A DNA stretch of 64,000 bases, taken from the NCBI GenBank assembly GCA_964016885.1, contig OZ024741.1:112840001-112904000 (forward strand), given 5' to 3'. The notes under the pieces are model-generated. The model searched no databases. It was not told the DNA's origin and saw only the letters and a list, made by a program, of their open reading frames with translations. Position 1 is the stretch's first letter. Every line of letters begins with the position of its first letter. The position numbers were made by a program, and so were the translations under genes. Below, one piece after another: positions 13,290-24,994 of the stretch. This DNA is from Eledone cirrhosa (lineage: Eukaryota).

Positions 13290-13935
13290 TTATCATGTGA
13301 AAAAATGATTAGAGGAGATCAGCAATGATGATGTTGGATTATCTTCCTTGTTGTATACATCAACAAGGTCAAGACAATTTGTTCTTGCACTGCAGTGAGT
13401 TTAAATACATGCTCCTATTCATCTACTTCAATAATTTCCTTAATTGCCTGTCTAGATTGATCCATGTGATTCCGGTTAATATAGATAGGATCTTCATTCT
13501 CCTCTTCCAATATTATATTCAGTCAGTGTCAGTATTTTCCTTTTGACTTTGATTTCGTATGTGGCCAGAGTATTTCCTCTTTTCTAGTCTTCATATTCCT
13601 TCACTTTGCATTCTACCATATTTTTCTAACCTGGTTTTTCAGCTCTATCTTTTAAACTGTATCTTTAACTTCTTCATTCTCAACCAAATTTTTCTGATAC
13701 ATCACTTCACTTCTCTCTTTAAATAAACCTTCATACTCTACATTTACTGCAGTTTTAGTGATATTTTCTATTTTGCCTTGACATTTTTTATATACTGTCA
13801 TGGTATTGTGGGTGTTTTGTTTATAATCAGTGTCTCCACTGTCCAGGAGTGTACTACACTGCTAATGCTTTCTCAGTAATCAATCCATGCCAAAAACTTT
13901 GTTTCCTTGTTTTGGTAACTGCTTGGTTTACCAGA
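13290..13935 (-). mobile_element. Highly decayed R4/Dong-type (RLE) non-LTR RT fragment
   Basis: Minus strand reads VNQAV...LAWIDY*..SVVHSWTVETL (cf. MAWIDYKKAYDSVPHSWI.E.L) and TAVQEQ (cf. AAQEQ). Confidence 0.6.
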
Positions 13936-14061
13936 AAATTTTTATACATATATATATATATATGTATAAAAATTTTCTGGTAAACCAAGCAGTTACCAAA
14001 ACAAGGAAACAAAGTTTTTGGCATGGATTGATTACTGAGAAAGCATTAGCAGTGTAGTACA
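13850..14061. repeat. Perfect 212-bp palindrome centred on (TA)n
   Basis: Arms are exact reverse complements by eye. The centre is catatatatatatatatg. Confidence 0.95.
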
Positions 14062-14239
14062 TATCCAACATATATATATCCAACACATTTTTAACTTCTA
14101 TTGTAATACATTATGTTCCAAGAAATTATGCCATGGCAGTACTTTGCATTTTGTTGCTTAACAGGCTGCTGTTCAGTAGCTTGGCAGGTTCTGGGGTTTA
14201 TGTGTATTCATTTTTTCTCTTTCTGGTTTTTATTATTTA

Positions 14240-14975
14240 ACACATCAGAAGAAATATTTTGCAGCATTTATTCTGGCTCTTTATACTGAGTTTAACTGCT
14301 GCCAAGATCACTTTTGCCTTCCCCCTTTTCAGGGTCAACAAAATAAAGTACAAGTCAAGTTCTGGGATGGATTTAATCAACATTATTTTTTATCCTGAAA
14401 TTATTAGCCTTGTGTCTGAGTAAAAATCATTGAGGTTAACTTTGACTTTTATCCTTACAGGGTCGATAAAATAAAGTAGCAGTAACATACTGGGTAATTG
14501 CTGGCCTGGTGCCAAAAGTAGAAACAATTATTATTCACTTCAAAGGGAAGTAGGTTAGTGAAATCATTAGAATGGTGAACAAACTGCTTTGCAATATTTG
14601 TTACGACACTTTATACTGTGTTCAATTTCTGCCAAGGTCACCTTTGCCTTTCATCATCTTAGGGTCTATGAAATAAAGTAATAGTCATATATTGAGGCTG
14701 ATTTAATTGACTTTCCCTTCATTCAAATTGCCAGCCTTCTACCTTAAATATAAACCATTATTGTAGATTGGCAGAATCGTTGGAGCACCAGAGAAACTAC
14801 TTAGTGTTATTTAGTTATGGCTCTATACATTCTGAGTTCAAAATACCACTGAGGTCAACGTTGCATTTCATTCTTTGGCGGGGTTAAAATAAAATCAGTA
14901 AAGTTCTGCAGTTGTAATTGGTCAGCCCCTCCCTGCAAATTTCTGGCCTTGTGTTTAAATAAGAAACCAATATTA
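14240..14975 (+). mobile_element. Cluster of ~4 decayed SINE copies
   Basis: Repeated ctttgcctttc...ggtc.a.aaaataaagta motif at ~14310, ~14440, ~14640 and ~14860. Confidence 0.75.
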
Positions 14976-16350
14976 ACTTTAAAACCCACATGGTTTCAGA
15001 TTTGATCTCACAGCATGGCAACTTGTGTATGTGTCTTTTACTATATTATCAAATCAACCAACTCTCTGTGAATAAAATGTGGGAGATGCAAACTCTCTGA
15101 AAGTGAGCTGGAAGGAATAACCATTCTTGTACTTGATTTAATCTTCTGCCACATCCTCTCCACCATCTTTCTAATTAAGCCTTTATAGGTTTCATTCAAT
15201 CATAGACTGGTATCAGTACCTAGAATATTCCTCTCCATGGTGGAGACTAAGGCAAGGTCCTTTTGTGGAGGAGTAGCAGTTGTCTATGAAAATAAACCTC
15301 TCATCTACATGCTCCTCTACAGTCAAAGACTAATTTAATCATAAAAAAAAAATAACTCAGTAATTATATATAAAACAATTGTATTTATTATTGAGAAAAT
15401 TTTACTTTATGATTTGTATTGGTAGAGTTCAAATCCCATCACGGTTAACTTTGCCATTCATCTTTTCAAGGTGGATTCTGCCTTTATCTTTCTCTCTCTC
15501 CTTTCTTTTACTTCTTTCTATATTTCCATAGAAAATATTGGCTATGTTCAAACTTGAAGAGGGATGGAGTTCATCATGTTTTAGAAACTAAGACATGCTC
15601 TATGGTGCCTCTACATCCCTGTCAGGAATCCAGTCCGTGTCCATAGCTGGAAATCTTACTGTAGGACTTTGTCAAATGTAATGTCATCAGTACCAAAGAA
15701 TCTGAGTTATAGATGCCATCTTTCCTCTGCTAATTAAGACATCTAAAACAACATTATCATCGTTTAATGTCTGTTTTCCTTGCTAGCAAAGGTTGGATGT
15801 ATTGTTCCAGACAAGTTAATACCCAAGTGAAATCAGTGAACTATATGTGGGCCAGAAGTCTGGCATACAATCTTGTGTTCTACTAAATGAATTTTATCAT
15901 GGAATCAACTTTAGGGAAATAGACATACCTTTGACACAGCTGAAGAGTGCCCCAACTCTTTATATGGCAAGTCTTCTGTGGCTGACTTTCCTTCTCATCA
16001 CCAAGCACTGTATATAGTGTACTGGGTATGTTTATCAGAAAAAAAACTGACCAAACATATACACTTATATAAAACCTCTGTAGTTGTTATTTAGTAAATT
16101 TTACTCTATGACCTCTTCAATTAATTTTCTCCTTCATTGTTCTTTCAACATTGTATATTTATTGTATTTTATTCTTTAACACTTCTATTGATTAGTCTTT
16201 GTCTCAGAAATTTAGCAGATGTGGTTTGTATTAATTATTTTATTGGTGCGTTATATCTCACTCAGACATTAGAATTCTGAACAAGATGCCATATGGTGCT
16301 TCACTTTTCTCAAATTAAAATCCATTAGTAGTTTGACACAATTAAGTACC

Positions 16351-16474
16351 AGTAATATATTGTTTCATGACTGTGAAATAGTAATATATTGATTCATGAC
16401 TATTAAATAGTAATATATTGTTTCATGACTATTAAATATATAATAGTAATATATTGTTTCATGACTATTAAAAT
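16351..16474 (+). repeat. Short ~29-bp tandem repeat (x4)
   Basis: agtaatatattgtttcatgactattaaat repeated with variants. The upstream context recurs at ~16992-17044. Confidence 0.8.
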
Positions 16475-16671
16475 ACCACGTTTCAATTAATTTTGAAAAT
16501 AAGCAAATATTTGAAGTAACATAGCTTAATTTGTTCATAACTATGGTATTTGAAGCACACCAAATCTATTGAATCCATCCCTAATCCCACAATAAAAATG
16601 TTTATATTTATCTAAAAACCTTCTATCATAATTTTATGTAAGAACCTTTTATACTCCAAACACCAGTTTAA

Positions 16672-16888
16672 TATTGGTTTCTGATTTAGGTACAAGGCCA
16701 ACAATTTTGAGAGAGGGGTAAGTTGATTAAATCGACCCCGGTGAGTTACTGGTGCTTTGTTTTATTGACCCGGTAAGGATGAAAGGCAAATTTAACCCCT
16801 GCAGGATTTGAACTCAGATTATAAAGGGACGTAACTATATGCAGAAAAGTATGTTGTCCAATGCTCTTCTGATACTGCTAGTCCACAA
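16672..16888 (-). mobile_element. SINE (long variant) inserted in a piggyBac-like MITE
   Basis: Main-family motifs. TSD ccagtttaata. Confidence 0.85.
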
Positions 16889-17939
16889 TGCCAGTTTAAT
16901 AAAGTTTGTTGTTTTGCACTATCCCTCCAAATTCTTGATTAATTTCAAAATCAATTGAAACACAAACAGAGCTTTTCATTAGAAAGTTAAGACCCATTAC
17001 TTGTTTGACAAAATTAAGTACCAGTAATATATTGATTCATGACAGTGGATTGGTTTCTAGAGCATTGGATTAAATGTTTTAATGAATTTGTTCAGGCTTT
17101 CTTGTCTCTGAATTCAAATCTTTCTGAAGTCAACTTTGCCTTTCCTCCTTTTAGTGCCAAATAAGTACCTGCTAAAGGAGAGTTGGTTAATGAAATATAA
17201 ATTTCAGAGTATCAGATGAAATTCTTTACAGTATCTGTTCTGTGTTATCAAATTCTGCACCATGCTTAACCTGCACTTTTCCAGCATGGATGTGTAGGCA
17301 AAAATCAGTATAATTGCTGAGATTTCATCCTGCAGTTAATCAACAGTTATGTACAACATATTAGTTCAATCCATTTAGCTATACACATTTCCAATAAAGT
17401 TAAGTTTATTACCTAATTTCTAATGAAATTCACTGCATTTTAATTAATGAAAAATTTGGAGGGATTCTTTAAAATTATTTATTTCATTGTTCAGATGATA
17501 TTTTTAACATAACTAAACAAAGGTTCTTTTGTTGAATTATATTGAAAGATTATAATATTTTTGGTAAGTTGGTATCAAAAGGGGTAATGCTAGTAATTAG
17601 AAATGCTATTTATTACTTCCCTATATACTTTGCTTTTATCTCTCTTATTCTCTCTCCAAATTGCACAAATAGAAATATATTTTGAGAGTTATTTTTGTTT
17701 CCCCTGTGAAAAAGCTGTAGAAGTGGTCAGAACTATATTAATCTAATTTACATAACACTGGAAATATTGAACCAATGTCTTCTTTTTGCAGCAAGATTAA
17801 AACTTTCTGATTTAATAGCTCATACTTGTAAGTTTTACTTTATATTTCAATTCAACAAATGCACATATAGTACTTCTTTTTATATATATATATGTATGTG
17901 TGTATGTGCGCATGTGTTTGTTTTCACACATATAAGCTA

Positions 17940-18039
17940 GCATATCTGATGAGGTGTCAACAAAGAGTCCCCCCCCCCCCCCACACACACACCTTTATTG
18001 TACCATGAGCTGATCAATATTGAAATAATTGTGATATGC
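17940..18039 (+). ncRNA. Degenerate type-I hammerhead ribozyme (long stem II, non-cleavable GUG)
   Basis: gcatat-CUGAUGA-...-GAAA-taattgt-g-atatgc. Perfect 6-bp stem I and near-palindromic stem III (a[c>t]aattgt), but position 17 is G. Confidence 0.5.
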
Positions 18040-18316
18040 AAATACAGTTTGTACATATGCTGTAACACTGACTTTGACTCTTTTAAATCTATTTACACTC
18101 TGCACACTACAGCTGCAACACAACACTGGAATACAGCCCAAATGAAATGGACCTCGTAACAGCATCGAGTGATTTGAATGGTGTGCTGCTTGTAACTGTT
18201 GTTACATACTTAACTGACATTTATATATATATATATATACAAATAAAATACAGAGTTACTAACTCATATTGATACCCTGCAATTAACAAGCTAAAAGTAT
18301 AAATACTGAGCATTAT

Positions 18317-18810
18317 ATAATAATATATGTAGGAATAAACACAGTAAATTGTGTGTCTAAAATTACGAGGGTTGAAATACCACATTGGTTTGATAAATTT
18401 AACACCTGAAGCAAACGTAAGATATATAATTTATATATACAGACTGTCTCAATAACTATTTCATCTCTCGGACAGATTAGAGATTTAATCTGTTTCGCCC
18501 TGAAAATTGTGTTTCTAACAGATAATCCGTAGGTTTTCCTCAGTGAGAGATATCTCTCACTGAGGAAAGCAAGAGATGTCTCTCGCTGAGGAAAGCCAAC
18601 GGATTATCTGTTACAAACACAATTTTCAGGGCGAAACAGATTAAATCTCTAATCTGTCCGAGAGATGAAATAGTTATTGAGACGGTCTGTCTATACATAT
18701 TATATATCTTACGTTTGCTTCAGGTTAAATTTATCAAACCAATGTGGTATTTCAACCCTCATAATTTTAGACACACAATTTACTGTGTTTATTCCTACAT
18801 ATATTATTAT
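18317..18810. mobile_element. ~490-bp fold-back/MITE-like palindrome
   Basis: Left ~230 bp is the reverse complement of the right ~230 bp with a few substitutions and one 2-bp indel. The centre holds a perfect small palindrome plus a second copy of its right half. Confidence 0.9.
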
Positions 18811-18815
18811 TATAT

Positions 18816-18997
18816 GTGGATTGGCAGTATCAGAAGAGGGTCGGTCGCCATGCTTTCTAGCATAGTTACGTCCCTTTACAGTCTGAGTTCAAATCCCGCC
18901 GAGGTTAACTTTGCCTTTCATCCTTACGGGGTCGATAAAATAAAGTACCAGTAATGTACTGGATAATTGCTGGCCTTGTGCCTAAAGTAGAAACAAT

Positions 18998-19001
<4 letters not shown>
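18816..19001 (+). mobile_element. tRNA-derived SINE, young
   Basis: Main-family sequence with (att)n on both sides. Confidence 0.95.
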
Positions 19002-19042
<41 letters not shown>

Positions 19043-19143
19043 CAGGATGTACCCAAAATTTGTATACATACTTTGATTACCTGTACAGGCAATATTTATT
19101 AGAATGCTGTTGAAATGCGTATACATTTTTGGGGGACATCCTG
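19043..19143. mobile_element. 101-bp Tc1/mariner-type MITE in (TA)n
   Basis: TIRs caggatgtacccaaaatttgtatac / gtatacatttttgggggacatcctg, flanked by TA on both sides. Confidence 0.85.
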
Positions 19144-19244
19144 TATATATATATGTATCAATCAACTAACCTACCCTCATCATTCCTTTTAGGAAAGCTC
19201 CTCTCTTTGTTTTTCTGGCATCTTCTCTCTGAAATCTGTAGTTC

Positions 19245-19275
19245 CTGATGAGGGACTAACATCCAATATGCTTAA
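19245..19275 (+). ncRNA. Decayed copy of the 19442 hammerhead
   Basis: ctgatgagggactaacatccaatatgcttaa aligns with ctgatgaaggactagcgtccgaaacgttaa. Three of the differences are CpG>CpA/TpG. Confidence 0.5.
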
Positions 19276-19441
19276 ATATTTATTTATCTTCATTTCCAGG
19301 CATGAAACTAATGCATCATCTGTGTAATTGTCTTAGGATTCTAAGAGATGTCAACATGAATGGACCTGTTATTTTTATCTAAAGACATTTTTTCCAATTC
19401 CAACCTGCCTGTCCCCTCAATCTATCTTATTTCTCATTCTT

Positions 19442-19477
19442 TCTTCTGATGAAGGACTAGCGTCCGAAACGTTAAGA
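19442..19477 (+). ncRNA. Minimal type-I hammerhead ribozyme (Penelope-type)
   Basis: ucuu-CUGAUGA-a-ggac(uagc)gucc-GAAA-CGUU-aaga. Intact core, 4-bp stem II, palindromic AACGUU stem III, 4-bp stem I. Confidence 0.75.
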
Positions 19478-19617
19478 CCTTCTTCCTGCTATATCAAACG
19501 TTAACCTAATATATCCCTTCCATATACTGTACCGATTGTGTTGTTATTTCTGTTTACCCTTTACATACATATATATACACACACGTATATATACATACAT
19601 ATACATATATACATATG

Positions 19618-19656
<39 letters not shown>

Positions 19657-19660
<4 letters not shown>

Positions 19661-20471
19661 TAAAATACAAATATTAATAAAATAGATCTTCTTTTGATCA
19701 ATTACATTTTATTATACATATTTCGGAGGTACAACAGTACGTCCTCATCAGACAAAATATAATGATACATGACATACCCTGAGATGTTAAATGGTTAAGA
19801 TTTAATCAAGGTAGTGATTAACCTAAGAAAAAATTTAACATTTATACCCTAATAATGAGGAAATGCGAAAACGTAATAAATTCAATAGAAAATGTGTGAG
19901 TAAGAAAAACGTTGCTTAATGTAACAGTTATAGAGATTTTAAAATGTATGATACTACAATTTATGTTTATCTAGGAAAACATCTCATGAATTATAACAGT
20001 CAATGAGACCCACTGGAATAGGATATATAGAGAGGGAAAGATAAGGGGGGTAATATATGCAGAAGGAGATTTTTTCTGAAAGTTAAACGGTTAAGTTTGA
20101 AAATATTTAATTTATGCTATTTTAGGGTGAAGAATCAAGATTTTAGGGTTTTTTTTTTAAATTGCTGGTTATTTATATTTATTAGTTTTGTAAATTCTAT
20201 AAGTGTGTTAACATTTCTAAACTTCTGAATTTTATGAGGATAACATTTAAAGGATTTAGCTGGCCAGCGGAAAGGAAAGTTTACACTGTTGAATATTTTC
20301 CTAAATGTAAACTTTAACGAAGATAATCAATGTCAATATATTCGGTATGTAAAGTTTATGAAGTACTTATTGTTAGAAATATTTAAATAACAATTATGTA
20401 TATAGATATATATTAATAAAATGTAATTGATCAAAAGAACATCTATTTTATTAATATTTGTATTTTAATAT
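19657..20471. mobile_element. ~810-bp element bounded by ~57-bp inverted repeats, carrying a hammerhead (putative PLE-derived)
   Basis: 19657-19713 is the reverse complement of 20414-20471 (1 mismatch). Confidence 0.6.
19703..19760 (-). ncRNA. Minimal type-I hammerhead ribozyme
   Basis: Minus strand: auauuuugu-CUGAUGA-ggacguac(uguu)guaccucc-GAAA-uaugua-UA-auaaaaugu. 9-bp stem I (2 GU), 7/8-bp stem II, AUA cleavage triplet. Confidence 0.85.
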
Positions 20472-20587
20472 TAATAACTCTGGAAAATTATTTTTCCGTA
20501 GAGTGCTTCCAATCAACTGTAAAACTCATTATTTGATATACTCATTGAATATTGTTTAACTCTTTAATATATATTTATATATATATG

Positions 20588-20985
20588 GGAGAAAATGGCT
20601 GAGGAGCATGCGAAGTGGAAACGTTTGATCAAGCCAAGAAGTGATCACTTTGAAACTCGTCGAAGGGAACACCAAACACTGAAAAGGAAGGTGAGGAAAA
20701 GGGACTGTTCTGAACTGCCTGCTTTTAAGCAATATCTGGCTTGCCAGCACTGTGGTCGAATCTGCCTGAGCAAAGCGGGTCTGATAACACATGAACAAAG
20801 TCATATCAGTGGATCTCATGTAAATTACAAACAGCATGATCCAAAAGTCTCAGAGGAGTCTACACTTGCCATGAATGTTCCAGAGGGTGCAAGTCTTTGG
20901 CTGGTTTGAAGAGCCACATTCATGCCTCATGTTTCTGAGCTTTTATCAGGCAATGGCAATGCTCGAACATGAGTTTTCAGCCATC
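20588..20985 (+). mobile_element. 3' end of a second RTE/BovB-like LINE with C-terminal C2H2 zinc fingers
   Basis: ORF 20595-20909 contains CQHCGRICLSKAGLITHEQSH. A frameshifted second finger CHECSRGCKSLAGLKSHIH follows. Flanked by (TA)n on both sides. Confidence 0.7.
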
Positions 20986-21142
20986 ATATATATATATATA
21001 TATAAAGCAAAAGACAATGAGAAAATCCAGTGATCTGAAAAGATATCCAAGAGGAAGTTCAGGCAGGGCAGTTCAAGGGTAAAAATCCAGTGTCAGAATC
21101 CAAAGAATTTCAGGGACCATATAAGCATATATATATATATAT

Positions 21143-21389
21143 ATCATCATCATCATCGATTAATGTCTATCTTCCACTCTAGCATGGGTTAGATGGGTGT
21201 CTCCTATTTAGAGGCAAGTTGGGTCGGCTGACCATGTCTTGCTCATATAGGAGTGTTTCTGGCTGGTTTTCTAAAGCTGGAGGCCCTTCCTAATGCCAAC
21301 AACATTGACAGTGCGTGCTGGGCGCTTTTTGTCATGACACCTAGAAAATCACTTTACAGTGTGGGCTGGATGTTTTGTGGTACTAGTAT

Positions 21390-21390
<1 letters not shown>
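21143..21390 (-). mobile_element. RTE-type 3' UTR fragment / tail-sharing SINE
   Basis: (CAT)n, ccactctagcatgggttaga and gcccttcctaatgccaac motifs shared with RTE 3' UTRs. Confidence 0.7.
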
Positions 21391-21730
<340 letters not shown>

Positions 21731-22339
21731 AAGTTATGAGTGATTGCGATTGCATATTATAATAAATACACTTGTGAATTAAAAGTTAATTCACTGTTAC
21801 TAGAGTTGTGTCATCTTCTTAGGAAAGGCATTTAATTCTCTCTAAGGTCACATGAGTTATTAGGAATATCAATTTATATATTTAAATGGCATGCTACATG
21901 ACACAGCAGCAAGCTGATGGTTAATCAACGTGTGATGTCATGAACATCGCATCTCCTTAATTATCTCACAAATTTCTAATTTATCATCATGTTGTAAGAC
22001 ATAATTATATATATATGCATATAATCTTCTGTCAACATGTGTATTCACATTTTTATATATATGTATATGTGCATGCATATAGAAATATGTATTTGGAAGG
22101 ATATATGGGAATATGTATTTAGTTGTCATTCTATTTTTGGTTAGTATTGTCTGCAAATTCAAATTTATGTATGAATTATATTTATATAAATATTAACAAA
22201 CTACAAATAACTAATAATTTTGGCCTATATATGTTAATGTATGAGTACTTTTTATGATGAATGGTTATTTATATAGACAGATACACACACAAATAGACAA
22301 ACACTCAGATGTATTTGAGTATAGTAGAGATAGAAATGA

Positions 22340-22650
22340 TAATTGTTTCTACTTTAGGCACAAGGCCAGCAATTACCCAGTGCATTACTGGTACTTTATT
22401 TTATCGACAGAAATGATAATAATTGGCAATATGTTATAGGGAGGAAGGGCAGTGGATTGGTAGTGCCAGTAGGCCATTGGACAACATATAGTTATATTTC
22501 TTTACATTCTTAGTTCAAATCTTACTGAGGTTAGCTATGTCTTCCATTGTTACGTGGTTGATCAAATAAAATACCAGTAATGCCTTGGGGTTGATATAAT
22601 CAACTTTCCCCTTCCCTTCAAATTGCTTGACTTGAGCTAAAAGTGGAAAA
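22340..22650. mobile_element. Two SINE pieces (22340-22408 minus, truncated; 22448-22650 plus, old)
   Basis: Main-family motifs. The first has TSD agaaatgataat. Confidence 0.75.
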
Positions 22651-23231
22651 AATATGATATAGGGAGCATCTACAAAGTCCATACCAGCATGGACATTAAA
22701 ATAACTATAGTTGCAGGATGAAATGTAGTTTTTGAAAGACTACCAAAATGTTAGAATGGGGGCAAATCAATATGTGTTGTGTACAGGAAGTAAAACGAAA
22801 GAGGGGCCTCAAACAGACACCTCATGAATAAGGAATACATCTCGGTGGGTTGTGTCACTGAGGTGGAGTATAATATTTAGTTTCCTTATACAAACATGGT
22901 ACATTTGCAAATGAACAAATGAACATAAATGGATTTAGCTTATTTAATTGTATAATATACACACATAATTTATATAAACTTAAGTATCAGATGCATATAT
23001 AGTGTATATAAGCATAAGTGTGCAGATATTCAAACAAACAATATATATAAACATAGGTATAGAGATGCTCATAATACATGATATATATAAACATAAATCT
23101 ACTGATAGTCATACATATATGGTTTGTGTGTATGAAGTGGTTTTATAATAATTGTATTAATTAGTGATGTTTAGATAAAGAAGTATTCCTATATTTAATA
23201 AAATAATTATATATGCCTTTGATATTTTGAA

Positions 23232-24893
23232 ATCATCATCATCATCATCATCAATGTTTAACGTCCGTGTTCCACGCTTGCATGGGTTTGGACGGGGGTA
23301 GTCCCACTTGATGCAAGAGTGATTGTCTTGCTCGCATAGGACTGTCTGGCAGGTTTTCTACAGTTGGATGCCCTTCCTAACACCAACCACATTTACAGTG
23401 TGGGTCTGGGAGGTTTTTACCGTGTTGCCTACACGGCCACATTACAGCGTGGACTGTGTGTTTTTTTGTCGTGACACCTACACGATCTCATTTGTTTCAG
23501 CCTGGATGGTGTGGCACCAACACAACTTTACATAGAACGGGGTGGCGTGGATGGGTTGGGGGTGGTGGGACGGGGGGGGGGGGGGGGTATTTTGTTAGAG
23601 ATGCCTACTGGCTGTAGTAGGTTTTACTATGTATTTAGGTAAGGCGGGTCTTCTCTGTTACTGAGTACCGCCAAAGGTCTCGGTCCAGTGACATTGTCTT
23701 GGAGAGGTGTAAGTGTGTGAGGTCGGAGTTTATCAGCTCGTCCCAGGTTTTTCTAGGTCTGCCTATTCCGTGGCTACCGTCTATCTTTATTGCCCTGCAC
23801 TTTGTTATACAGCTATCGATTTTCATGCGCATCACGTGTCCATACCAACGTAGCCTTCTCTCGAGTAAACAACATCTGATCCCTCTTATTTCTAATTTTT
23901 TCCTTAGTTCGTTTATGCTTTGCCGTTCACGTATATTACTGTTACACATCCAGCGGTGCATGCAAGCTTCGTTCCTCTCTAGTCTGCGTATATCCTCTGC
24001 ACACAATGCCCAGGTCTCACTGCCATGCAACATTGCTGTTCGTATGCAGGCATCGTACAACCTGCCTTTCATTTTTAGGGAGAACCCTTTAGCAGCTAAT
24101 AGTGGTATAAGCTCTCTGAACTTTTTCCAACCAGTTCTGACTCTAGCTACTGTACTTTCAGAGCACCCTCCCCCACTGCTGATTTTATCACCCAGGTAAC
24201 GGAAACTGTCCACTATTTCTATAGAACCCTCTGCGCAATTGAAAGAGCTAGTATTTTGTGGGCACTTGCTGCTACTTATTGCACCAGAGCACCGGCCACA
24301 TGTAAAATCTATGTTCTTAGTTAGCTTACCTGTGATCCCACTACATCTTTTATGCACCCATACTTTGCATTTAGGACATAAAATGGAGTTTCTACCTACG
24401 CCTTTCCTACACACCGAGCACGACCATTTCCCAGAAGGGACCACCGCCTTATTTTCTTTCCTACAAACTAGAACTTTAGTCTTAGCCAGGTTAATTTTAA
24501 GGCCTTTTGATTCTAGGCCGTGCTTCCATGTTTGGAATTTCTTCTCTAGCTCGGCCATTGATTCCGCTATGAGTGTCAGGTCATCTGCGTATAGGAGTTC
24601 CCATGGGCAGCCGGTCTTGAACTCCTCTGTTATAGCCTGAAGGGCAATAATAAATAGTAGGGGGCTGAGAACAGAGCCCTGATGGACGCCAACTTTTACG
24701 CTAAACTCTTCACTATATTCGTTGTTAATTCTAACCTTGCTGACTGTTTCTTTATACATGGCTTGTATAGCTCTCACAAGCCATTCGTCAACGCCTAGTT
24801 TTCTAAGAGCCCACCAGATAATGGAGCGGGGGACTCTGTCGAAGGCTTTCTCCAAGTCGACAAAAGCTAAGTGGAGGGGTTTACCTTTAGCTA
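23232..24893 (-). mobile_element. RTE-clade LINE, 5'-truncated, young (copy A)
   Basis: (GAT)n tail, ~400-bp 3' UTR and open RT ORF. The 5' end abuts (TA)n. Confidence 0.95.
23635..24893 (-). CDS. RTE reverse transcriptase C-terminal portion with inserted PHD-like finger (5'-truncated, no true start)
   Basis: DLEKAFDRV, GVHQGSVLSPLLF, LYADDL, C4HC3 finger, FRYLG, RLRWYGHVMR, GRPRKTW. Confidence 0.9.
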
Positions 24894-24994
24894 TATATAT
24901 ATATATATGTGTGTGTGTGTGAGTGTGTATTCGTGCATGTGTGTGTATGTATGTATATATATGTATGTGTGTTTAAATATATTTGTATGTGTGT

